This document shows, in pieces, positions 36,367-48,161 of a stretch of DNA of 64,000 bases. This stretch comes from Monocercomonoides exilis PA203 (Eukaryota > Protista > Preaxostyla). A model generated the notes under the pieces. It ran no database searches. It saw only the letters and a list, made by a program, of their open reading frames with translations, and was not told the DNA's origin. Both the position numbers and the translations under genes were made by a program. The stretch lies in NCBI GenBank assembly GCA_001643675.2, contig LSRY02000007.1, positions 1,798,001-1,862,000 of the forward strand, given 5' to 3'. Each line of letters starts with the position of its first letter. The first letter of the stretch is position 1.

Positions 36367-37342
36367 AAAATTCAGAATTTTTTATTAAAAAAATTTTTTG
36401 ATATAATATGATCACTGGCTGACTGTCAGAAAGTGATTCAAATGTTTTGTTTTTTCATTATTCTTAAAAAGGATGAAAATTGAACCCCGATTTTTATTAT
36501 TCGTGAATAAACATGAGAATTTATGATTTTTCAGAAAAAAATCATGATCCATGAAATGGGATAATTTTTCAAATGAATAAACCTCACATTGTTAATTCAT
36601 ACATTTTTCAATCAAAATATGGTTTTTTTAATTTAAATACAGTTTGCGCAAAAAATACCGGACAAGATCGATTTCTCAATAACCACTCAAAGAGAAAATC
36701 TGATAATATTCCTCAAAAGATATCTTAACAATACAAACTCATTTGGCATATCAGACTTTCATTTCCGTGCAGACTGAATATTTAAAAAATAATTTTTAAA
36801 ATCTCGGAGAAACACATAATCAAATTTCTCCGAGATTTTAAAAATTATTTTTTAAATATTCAGTCTGCACGGAAATGAAAGTCTGATATGCCAAATGAGT
36901 TTGTATTTTGCGATGTCCGGTATTTTTTGCGCAAACTGTACATTCAGAAGATCAACAAAAACAAATTAAGAATTCTGAAAGTGCATACATGGATTAATTC
37001 TCAAATAAAGAATTCTTGCTCCCAGATTGTAAAATTGATGCAAATAACTTTTCTTTATTGAAAAATGTATGAATTAACAATGTGAGGTTTATTCATTTGA
37101 AAAATTATCCCATTTCATGGATCATGATTTTTTTCTGAAAAATCATAAATTCTCATGTTTATTCACGAATAATAAAAATCGGGGTTCAATTTTCATCCTT
37201 TTTAAGAATAATGAAAAAACAAAACATTTGAATCACTTTCTGACAGTCAGCCAGTGATCATATTATATCAAAAAATTTTTTTAATAAAAAATTCTGAATT
37301 TTATTAATTTTGAATTAGAAGTTTACCAATTTCGAATAATAA
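36327..37342. repeat. Large inverted repeat (foldback) with 286-bp arms
   Basis: 36327-36612 is the reverse complement of 37057-37342, with no mismatch or indel seen by eye. Confidence 0.93.
36640..36938. mobile_element. Tc1/mariner-type MITE (CAGT termini, TA TSD) nested in the foldback spacer, with an internal 83-bp perfect hairpin
   Basis: TA|CAGTTTGCGCAAAAAATACCGGACA ... TGTCCGGTATTTTTTGCGCAAACTG|TA; internal arms 36730-36812 and 36825-36907 around a 12-nt loop. Confidence 0.85.
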
Positions 37343-37974
37343 ATGGTGTATCACCCAAAACAACAAATGTTAATCACTCCAACAATATCAAACAAAGAAA
37401 GAAAATTTGCACCAATAATTGCAATAAAAATGGAAATAATCGTTCATTTGCTTAAATTCATTGAAAACTTGAAGAATGAGAGTCAATTTCTCATCTAACA
37501 ATATTGACAATAAGTTAAAAACACAAAAAATCAACTACAGCTTTCTTGTGAATAATTATCCAAGTAAATTTTCTTTTCAATTCCATTTTACTAATTATAT
37601 TTCGAATTTTGAGGAGTTTCATAAACATTGGAAACATATGAAAAATCTTCGATTTTTTATTTGTAATTTCTCTTGTGTTTGCAAAGATATTTTAACTTTA
37701 TCAATTCAAAAGCTTTATCAAAATTTCAAGTCGAAATTTCAAATACTATTCTTCCTTTTTATTCTTTTTCTTTTTCAATTTAACAATAAAATCTTCTTTT
37801 CTTTCAGCGAAATGTAATAACATTATTGTATATTTGTTATTTCTCCTCTTATGTAATATAAATCTCTTTTTATTAACTGACGATACAATATTCGAATGTG
37901 AGACAGAATTCATACACCAATAATCCCATAATGGATTACATTTCTCATTTCTTCATTGTAAAGTTCACTTTGAA

Positions 37975-40179
37975 ATGAGCCAATTTAAGAATTTCGCTCT
38001 TCAACACATGATACTTCGAAGTGGGAATGGAAACAATCCGCAGGAGACAACTTTATTTGGAGTTCATTTGGTTTCTCGAGATAATATTTTTTTTCTCATT
38101 TTTTTTAATGATGACATTCTTTTTAATCTACAGTCTCCAGTCCCTCCTGGTGTAACTGAAGATGAGCTGCGAAGAGCATACGATGTTTATGGAAAAATAG
38201 TTGAACTTTCATTGATTAGAAAGAAAAGCAACTTGGATCAGCCAGGTTTGTGAAGTTTTGTTTTAAATGAATATCTAATCATGTGGCAATAATTCCACCA
38301 CATAGGATATGCATTTCTTCGTTACGAATCATTAGATTCTACGTACAAAGCACTCGATGATCCAAATCCTCCTTTTGTATTGAATTCTGTGACGGGCAAG
38401 AGGTATCCATTTTTTTAATTGAATTATATCACTTCGCTAAATAAATGCAAATATTTGTATCGTCCATTTGCGTAAATAGGATTCAATTGAAAGCTGCATT
38501 TGCTGATTCAAAGAATTGCGTTTTTGTTGTAAATTTGCCTTTAAATATGAATGAACATCAAGTTAAAGAGACGTTAGAAAAGTTATCTTGCGTATGGAAA
38601 TTTGCTTTTTATTTTTCGATTATTTCTTTGATTTATTTGTTTCTTTGTTTGTTATTGCTTTTTGAATTGCAGATTCCAATCTTCCAGTTTGTGTTGGGCA
38701 CTGGGACTGAAGGAGAATCAAAAGGATATGGATGGGCAACGTATTCATCCCACTCGATTGCTGTTAATGCAATGAATAAGCTGAGCGGATCGATCATAGA
38801 AGGCTCAACAATTTCAGTTTCTTTTGCAAAGCGTCGAGGATTTGACCCGCGTCTCCTTGAAGGAGTGACATCTCTGTTTGTGAAAGGGTTATCTGTAGAG
38901 ACAACAAGGGAAAACTTAACCAAAGCTGTGACAGCGCTTTTGCCAGCCACAGCGTCGCGGTGCCTCAAATCCGTATCCATCCCAAAGGACACTGCGACCG
39001 GCCGTTTGATGGGGCATGCATACATCCACTTCAAGTGCAAAGAATCGGCAGAGGTTGGGCTGAAGGTGTTTGAAGGGATGGAGGTGGATGGGAGGGTGCT
39101 GCATGTGGAATGGGCTCTGCCACATGACATGAGGAAAGGTCCAAAAGGAAAGGATGCCGGCGAAGCGAAAGAGAAGAAGATAGAAGATGAATCGAAAATG
39201 TGTCCGCACCAAAAGGCTAAAGAGAAACTATCCTCGGCAGCTGCACAGTCAGGCACTTCTTCAGACATAATTAGCCAAGGGCATGTCTATCAGCCGAGGA
39301 CGCTTGCCGGCACTCAGAATCTGACATCGCCCTCGTCTTCGTTGTATTCTGGTTCAACTGCAAAATTCCCTTCATCCAACACTTCTTCTTCGTCGTCTTC
39401 ATTTCCCCCTTTCACAAGCAATTCTCCGAGTTCGGCAGCAGGCGCTCCTCCTTCCTTTGTCCCCGCTGCCTCCCGTGGACTTTCCACAGCGCCTGCACAG
39501 CAAACACAGCCACCAGGCTCATCTGCGCAGAAGCAGATTCTCTCGCCTTTCTTGCCAGATGCAGCCAGACTGAAAAACAAGATTCCGCCGGCATACGCTC
39601 CTCAGCCACACGACACTGGACAGCTGTGGAAGACGCCCCAACAACAATATCAACAGCAGCAGCAGCAACAACAACAACAACAGACTCAGCCACCGCCCTA
39701 TCAATACCCTGGAAGGGGTTATCCGATTGCTCCACAGCAGTCAATACAGCCCGTTCCTCCACATCTGTCAAACATGTCAAACATGTCAAATATGCCAAGC
39801 CTGCCTCGACTGCCCCATCTGTCAAATATGCCCAATCCTCTTCATCAATATGACTACTTCTTCGGCCAGCAGCCGCCCAACTCGTCGAATGCCCTCAACA
39901 CACAAGCCATGCCACTCAGCGCCCCTTTCCCTGAAATATCTGACTTGTCTCGTCCGCCTTCTTCCCTCTCTTCTCAGACACGCCCGCCACAAATACTCCA
40001 CTCTGCCCAGCAGCATCTGCAGCACCCACAACACCCCCAGCACCCCCAGCACCCTCAGCACCCTCAGCTGTACCCTGCTCCTCTGCCACAATTCCAACAG
40101 AAATTCCCTCAGCCTCCTCTTCATCCATATCCTCCCCAATCTGTTCCATTAGCACCAGTTTCCTCTGCTTCAACTTCAA

Positions 40180-40210
<31 letters not shown>

Positions 40211-43200
40211 TTCCTCTTCCTCTTCGTCTGTTGCTGCTGCTGCCTCTTCTCCTTCTGTATTTGTTCCGTCCTATCCATATCAGCCACCTCTTCCCACCTC
40301 ACTCTCCAACGCTGCCTCTCTTTCCAAGCCCTTTCTGCCAGCTGTGCCTGCATTTCAACCAAACATTCTCTCCTCTTTTTCTCCACTCACTCAAGCATCT
40401 ACTGTCTCTTCTGCTTCTTCTGCTTCTTCTGTCTCTTCTGCTTCTACTGCTTCTTCTATCTCTTCTTCTTCCTCTTCTGCCAATTCATTGCCATTCCCTC
40501 CCTTCTCAGTGAAGATGCTGAACACTGGCCTTGTTTCTCAAATGAGCTATCCAGTCTCCCTCTCTTCCTCATCTGCCTCTTCTTCCACCTCTTCCTCCTC
40601 TTCCACCACTCTCCCTCCGCAAAGCCAGCTCTCCTATCCAGGCACCCCAAACACCCAGCTGGCAGACTCACTTCCTGTCTCTCCCACTTCGACTGTCTCC
40701 ATCCCCCTCGCCACCCTCCCGTCTCTCCCCTTCCCGACTGAGCTGCACATCCTCTCTGCCCCCACCCCCACCTCATCCACGCCCAGGTCACAGGAGCATT
40801 CTTCGCTTTCTCCTGCACACACAGAAAAGCCGATGTCTGCTGCAGTGACACTCGCCAGCACACTTTCCTCTGAATCTCAATCTTCTCTTCATGCAATGCA
40901 GCCTGACTTGTACCAGCCGAAGATGATGTCTGTCTCCCCATTCGCCCCTTTCCTGCAGCTTCCGAGTCTTCTGCCTTCTTCCACAGACACCCAGCACTCT
41001 TTGCACGGAATATACAACCCCTCCCTCTGCCAGTCGCCTTCACAGGGCAGCCCCTTTTTAGCCTCGCAGGTTTCTGTCTCTTCTGCCCTCAGCAGCAGAA
41101 GCGGCTCTGATCTGTCTTCTGCTGCTGTTCCCAAACAGCTGCCGTCTCTGTTTTCTCCAGCTGCAACTGCTTCTTTGCCTCAGCTTGTGTCTTCTTCGCC
41201 TCCTTCTTCTGCTTCTTCTTCTAATTCATCTTCATCAGCTTCTTCTTCTTCTTCTTCTTCTTCTTTCTCTTCTTACTCTTCCTCCTCGATTACAACTACT
41301 AATACTAATATTAATACTTATATTGATGCTAATTCTTCCTCTTTACCTCAATCGTCTTTGCCTTCATCCTCTTCCACTGCACTTTTTGCTTCGCCTCCAT
41401 CATCATCATCATCTTCTTCTTTTTCTTCAACAAACACACAAGAATTCAACAAAAATGGAGAAGCAGCCAAAACAGAAGCAAAAGATGTTTCATCAGAAAG
41501 AGCAGTTTCAACAGTCTCTTCTGCAGCAGCCATGCAATCATCATCATCAACACCAACACCAGCATCATCACACACATCTAACCACACTCACTCACATTCT
41601 CCTTCTTCATCCTCCTCCTCCTCTTCCTCCTCCTCCTCCTCCTCCTCCTCCTCTTCCTCCTCCTCCTCCTCCTCCTCTCCTCCTCTTCCTCCTCCTCCTC
41701 TTCCTCCACCAAGCAGTTTCTGTCAGTCTCTGAACACGACTTGTCTTCAATCATTCCAGAGACCTTTCAATTGGTCGACAACCCCACTCACAGAAGAACA
41801 CACTCATCCAACTTCCGCCTCGAATATTTCTCTGCTAAAAGGCAGGAAACGATTAGAGATGAAGAAATGGCAGAGAAAGGAGGAATGGAAGAGGAAGGAC
41901 GGAATATGAGCAAGAACAAGAACAAGAACAAGGAGAAAGAGAAAGAGAAAGAGAAAGAGAAAGAGAAAGAGAAAGAAGGAGATGAGGTGTCGAATGGAGA
42001 AGAAGAAGAAGAAGAAGAAGAAGAGAAAAAGGCAGGAGAAAAAGAAGATTTTACAGAAGGAAGCAAAGCTGATGTCAAACACAGCCATTTCAGTGGAGAG
42101 GAAGGGATTCAGCTGACATCGACACTTTCACTGCCAATTGCTTCTGTTTCATCTGATTCGTATTCTTCATCAGCTGCGTCAAAAGACGGCATTGCAGCAC
42201 GCGTTTCTTCAGCAACAACAACGCTAACCTCTTCTTCGTTCTCTTCCTCTTTTCCTTCTCCTTCCTCCTCCTCCTCCTCTTCTTCTTCTTCCCCCATCCA
42301 TTCGTATCCACACACGTGGTCGTTGGACAGCCATCGCCCACACAAACACAGAATAAACGACAAAAGCAGCCACAGCACACTTTCGGAGTCTCTTTCAGAA
42401 AACGAACAATTCGGAAAGGGGAAGAAGAAGAGAAGAGGAAGAGGAGAAGGAAGAGGAAGAGGAGAAGAGGGAGAAGAGGGAGAAGAGGGAGAAGGAGAGG
42501 AAGAGGAAGACGAAGAAGAGCTGAGCAATTCATCTGGCCCTGCTTGTTTGAGAACACCGCCTGTGACACCGATTTCTGTAGAGTTTGATGTGAACGAAGA
42601 GTTTGAGAATGAGAAGGAAGAGAAGGAAAGGCAAGAAGAAGAAGAAGAAGAAGAAGAAGAAGAAGAAGAAGAGAGAAGAAACGAGAAGAAGGAAGAAAGT
42701 GGAAGAGAAGTGGACAAAATGAATGAGGCAGGTGTGATTGCGAAAGAAGATGTGTCTGAAGAGACAGAGACAGGCAGCAATCAGAGCAAAAGCAGCAGAA
42801 GTGGAAGAAGAAGAAGAAGAAGCAATAGCAATAGCAGTGAGAGTGGAAATGAGAGTGAAAGCATTTCAAACGGAAAAGTGAGCAAGCGAGGCAAAAACGG
42901 GATATCTGATTTATCTCCAAATGGAAGCTTGTCAGACACTTACTCGTTCTCTTCGCATGGCTCAGCGAAGAAGCACAACAAGAAGAAGAGGCAGACGCTG
43001 ACAGACAACAAGGAGACAGATGGAATGAGAGAAGAAGATGATCAGAATAAGAATAATAACATTAGCAATATCAAAGAAGGATGTGATGATGACAATGATA
43101 ACAATGAAGATGAAGATGAAGAAGATGAAGTACACAATGTAACCAAGCCAAAAAACACTCTGAGCAGTTCTTCTTCTCAGTCAACGCTCAGCAGCTCCAC

Positions 43201-46200
43201 CCCACCTGACTCGCACAAGACGACAAGCAGCTCTTCATTTGGAGGGGCAGACTCCGCTGGCAAGGGCATCTCATCAGCCTGCTCTGAAATTAGCTCCTTT
43301 TCCCCCTCAGAACACACAGAACACACAGAACATTCAGACCCATCTGCTTCATCGACAAAGCACTCCATGTTGAGTGGGTTGACTGACACGTATCAGCTGT
43401 CAGCATCACTGGACTCGTTTCAGAGCAGAACGATTGCAACAGCTATTTTGGAGGAGGAGGAGGAAGAAGAAGAAGAGGGAGGGGGAGAAATGAATGAGAG
43501 CAGAAGAGATGGCAGGAAGAATGAGGTGTCTGAACAAAAGCAGCAGCATATGCAGCATTTTCAGATGAATGCAAATGAATTGAGCTCAAAAGAGTCGCAC
43601 ACAAATGAGTATCCGCTTTATGTCAAGTCTCCTGTTGGATCGATGTCTGAAAGATATGCTCAGCCCCGCCCCATCCTCAGCTCCCACAGCTCATTTGCCT
43701 CTGAATATGCACAGGGCATTGGGATGAAGAGCAATAATAATAATAATAATAACACAAATACATCAGACACGCATGACAATAACAGCACTCTTTCATCATT
43801 CAGCAATGAAGATAACAACAACAGCCAGAATGAACGTCACAATCGAATGAACAATGCAAATCTTATGTTGCCATCATCATCATCATCATCATCTTCTTCT
43901 TCTTCTCCTCCTCTTTCTCTTTCCTTCTCACAAGATATGCTGTCTGCCCACACATTTGCGGATGACTCTAAAGACGTGTCTTATCTGCTTGGTTCTATTA
44001 GTGACAGAGCAAGCAACAGAAAGGACACACGAAGGAGGAACAGCAGCATTTCAGGGACTTATGATGTCAGTGGGGAGAGGAGGGGAGGGATAAAAGAGGA
44101 GGAAGAGGAAGAGGAAGAAGAGGAAAGAGAGATGGATGAGAACAGGTACAAAGAAACGTCTTCTGCTGACAGATCAGCAATTCTGAAGATGACATATGCA
44201 AAATCATCATCATCATCTTCTTCTTCTTCTTCGTCTTCGTCTTCTCCTCCTTCGTTTTATTCAACACCTTCATCAAACAGAGCAAACCCCCACAATGCCA
44301 TGAAGATCAATCCGAATGCTTCTTCTTCATATTCCTTTTCATCATCATCATCATCTTCTTCTTCTTCTTCGTATCCTTCCTCTTTACTTGATATCTCTTC
44401 ATCATCCGTTTCCTCCTCTTTAGCCTCTTCTGCTCTTTCTGACTCAATTTTGTCGATGTCTGCCAGCTCTTCTCTTTCCATGCGCACATCAACACCTTCC
44501 CTTTCTTCCTCTCCTCCTTTTCCTGAAATGATCCCATCAACTATGTCTTCGCCAATTAAATCTTCTTCTTCTTCTTCTTCTTCTTCTTCCTCCTCCTCCT
44601 CATCTTCTTCTTCTTCCTTCCATTTCCCTTCTCATCTCTCACAGCAGCCATTTCCTGCTCCTCGCTCGCCTGTCAATTCACACACAGAAACACCCAAATG
44701 GAGAGTGCATCAGAACAACGAAGACATCTCCACTTTTCTTTCAGGCCCTTCTGCCTCTTCTTCTCCTCCGCTGTATCCATTGAGCTCTTCTTATTCTCCT
44801 TCCTCTTCCTCTGCTTCCTCCTCCTCCTCCTCTTCTTCTTCTTTCTCTTCTTCTTCCTCCTCCTCATTCTCTTCCACTTCAACCACTTCATCCACCTCTC
44901 CCGCGCTTTCATCTCCAAATCACTCACACATCTCTTCCTCATTCAACAGCTCTGTCTCTTCTGAAAGCGAAAGCTCCTCTTCTGAATTCGTCCGGTACAC
45001 TTCAGCTGCCTCCCTCCACTCCGCCAAATCTCTCACATCCCTCGATGCTTCTCCTCCTTATGCTCCTTCTTCTTCCTCTTCTTCTTCCTCCTCCTCTTCC
45101 TCCTCCTCTGACTTATTCCTCCCCATATCTCAGATGTATGTCGATGAGTCCCTCATCGCACCTGTTCCTTTCTATTTGATGGCGCCCAATGCTCTTTCCT
45201 CTGCCTCTCAGCAGCCGTTCAGCTCGGCCTTCCCTTCTGCTGCCTCCTCAGCCAACCTGCCCCTTCAGTCTGCTTCGTATCTCTCTCATTCAAGTCTCCA
45301 GGTGTTTGATTCTCCGTTCAACACAGCCACGCCAAAGGGGGCAACAGGAAGAGGAGGGTATTTGAAAGCGCGCTCTGAAGTGCTCAGCCCGTCTGTGTTT
45401 AACAAAAGAGGCAGAGAAGACAGAATGAGCATGCAGAACCAGACAAACACTCGATCAATGGCACAAATGCAGTCTCAGTCTCAGTCAAAATCTCAATCAA
45501 AATCTCAATCAAAATCACAGATGCAGCAGCTGAAGGAAGACTCAGACGCATCTGCAGTCACCTCTGGCTCTTCTCTCTCCTCCTTCATCAACACCCCCTC
45601 CACGTCCATCTCCTCCTTCCTGCAGCGTGTGCATTCTCCGTCTTCGACTGCCTCTTCCTCTTTCTCCTCTCGAAAGGGATATTCGCTCACCCCTCTTGCC
45701 TCCTCCACCCCGTCCACGCACTCACCTGAGCATGTCCAGTGGGAGTTTCTGACCACACAGGCACAAGACGCAGACAACGACACCGCCTCTTTCCCGCCTT
45801 CTCCTTCGTCTCTTTCCTTCCCTCCATCTCCACCGACTCCTTCTTCCATGTGCTCTTCTTCCTCTTTTGCCCTTTCCTCCCTCCCTACTCTCCCTTCATC
45901 GGTTGACTTGTCGCTCTCACAACCTGAACAGTCTTTGCGCTCTTCTTCTCAGATGTTTCCTTCTTTGCCTTCTGTTACTTCTTCTTCTTCACCTTCTTCT
46001 TCTTCTTCTTCTTCTTCTGTTTCTGTTTCTGTTTCTGCCCCATCTGTGTCTGTACAAGCCCCATCTGTCACTCATTTCCCTCCTCTTCCCCCTCTTCACA
46101 CACACAACACACCAATCATCCAGAATACCCCAATCATTCCTAGCACCCCAATCTCTTCAATCTCTTCAATCTCTTCAAACACATTAAACGCCTTGAACAC

Positions 46201-46693
46201 ACAGGAAGATTCAGTTAAAACGAGAGAAGCGGATAGCAATGCTGTGGAAGAGCTGCATTCACAGCATCGTCACAGACACACCCACACTCATTCTCCTCAT
46301 CAGTCTCTGCACCGCCAGCCACATCAGCACAGACACAACGACAATTCCATTGGCCACACGTTGTCTTCGATGTCTGCTTCAAACACAGGAGCATCTTTCA
46401 ATTGCAATTCTCTTGACAGTCAGAATGTTGCTGCTTCTGCTGCTTCGAATGCAGCATCGTCGTCCTTCTCATCTTTCCCATTGGCTTCGAGTGATTTTTG
46501 CTCCACTCCTCAGAAACGTCAGCACGAGACAGGACATCCGTCTCCTCCTGTTCTCAAACGCATCCATCCACAAATGGAGATGAACAAGCACAGTTCGATG
46601 GAGACTTTGCCTTCTGCGCCTTATTTTGAGCACTTTTCGTCACCTGGACAGCAGGTTAATTCACCAGAAAGGAGAAATGACATAACCAAATAA
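37975..46693 (+). CDS. RNA-binding protein with three N-terminal RRMs and a very long Ser/Pro/Gln/Glu low-complexity tail
   Basis: Introns 38071-38133, 38246-38305, 38403-38479 and 38592-38672 reconstruct three RRMs with RNP1-like PGYAFLRY, KGYGWATY and MGHAYIHF, and RNP2-like VFVVNL and LFVKGL. ORFs 38445-41909 and 41741-46693 join through a 1-bp indel in a (TCC)n tract near 41677. Confidence 0.78.
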
Positions 46694-48161
46694 AAAGATG
46701 ATTCTGTGGTTGTTAAAATGAAATTCTTTACATTTTCTTTCTTTTCTTTCTTTTCTTCCTTTTCTTCCTTTTCATTTCTTTCTTATCTGATCTTATCTTA
46801 TCTTTATCTTGCAATCACTATTATGTTATAAATTTTTCAGTTGTATTCCATTTTCTGTTATTGCGTTATTGATCATATTTCTTTCACATAGAAGATGCTG
46901 CCTTTGCTGTTCTCATACACCGTCACTATCACTTCTGTGCGTTCATTCACTATTATATTGATAATGAAACAACTTTTGTTTGAATCAATCCCATCTTTTC
47001 TTTTTGTCATCCAGCTTCTGATTATCATTTTTATTATTTGGAAGTAGTTAGATTTTCTTTCTGAATGCTTTTTTTTCAGATTAGCACAAAATTTTGAGTT
47101 GTTTTATTTTTGTTGTTCTTCTCATTAGAATGTTGAATTGTTGTTTGAGCGGTTAAAAAGGCAAAAGTGCTGCTTCAATTTGGCTGAACAAGAAAGCACA
47201 TTTGGCAAACAGTGTTGATAACATCTTTGTATTTTTTTTTTGTTTTCTTTTGTTTTCTTTTTATTTAAGTTGTGTTCAATTTATTCTTATGCTTCAATTT
47301 CCATTTTATTTTATTTATATTTATATTTTTATTTCAACCTTATAAATGTGTTCGTTGGATCCTTTTTTACGAGGCTCTTGCTTGTGTCTAACAACACTGG
47401 AATGGCATGGTTTATTTCAGGCTCTCACTATATTGGACGTCTTATTTTCATTGATTATTTTCCTGGATCTCGATGCTAATTTTATGTTAACTGTATGCGT
47501 CTTCATTTATTCCTGCCAGTTTGTGTACAAATATTGTTGGCTTCACTATTTAATGGAATTGATAAAGAATGGAATTAGCGCTCGAGTCGTCACTATTATG
47601 TCAAGCGTTGTTTCGCATCCAGCAAGAATGTCTCAAGTTATTGTTCGTTATCTTTATATTTTTTTTAAAAAAAAACGTTTTTTGTTATGAAAAAATTAAA
47701 TATAAATAGTTTAATTAGTTTGTACTTTTCTTGTTTTTATTTCAGTATTTATTCTTATTTTTTCAATTATTTTTATCAATTTTTGTTGCCCACATCACGT
47801 TTATTTATTGCAAAGTGCATCGTCACCTAAGCAATTGCGTGGGCAATCTTGTTTAGCTGTGAAATTTTGTCTATTCACTAAATATTAAACATGAGCAATG
47901 AAGCCAGACTTGCATATACAAACAAAGTTTCTTCAAAATAACAAAAGCCAAATAGTCAAATCATCTTGGAAATGCTTTTCAAAAATAATTTGATCAAAAA
48001 TGTTAACGAAAAATTCATGAGGTATTTTTCAAGAAATGCGTTCTGAGAACGAATACATATTTATTCAAAAAGACGGTTCCCTCTTTTAGTTCTCCTCCAC
48101 TTTAACTTTCATCTGTCTTCGTTTGCAATTATGAAGAGCAGCCTTGCAAATGCTCATTCGA

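Noticed and set aside
47130-47690. Possible small plus-strand gene (ORF 47346-47690)
   Set aside because: No consistent splice model or recognisable domain could be built.
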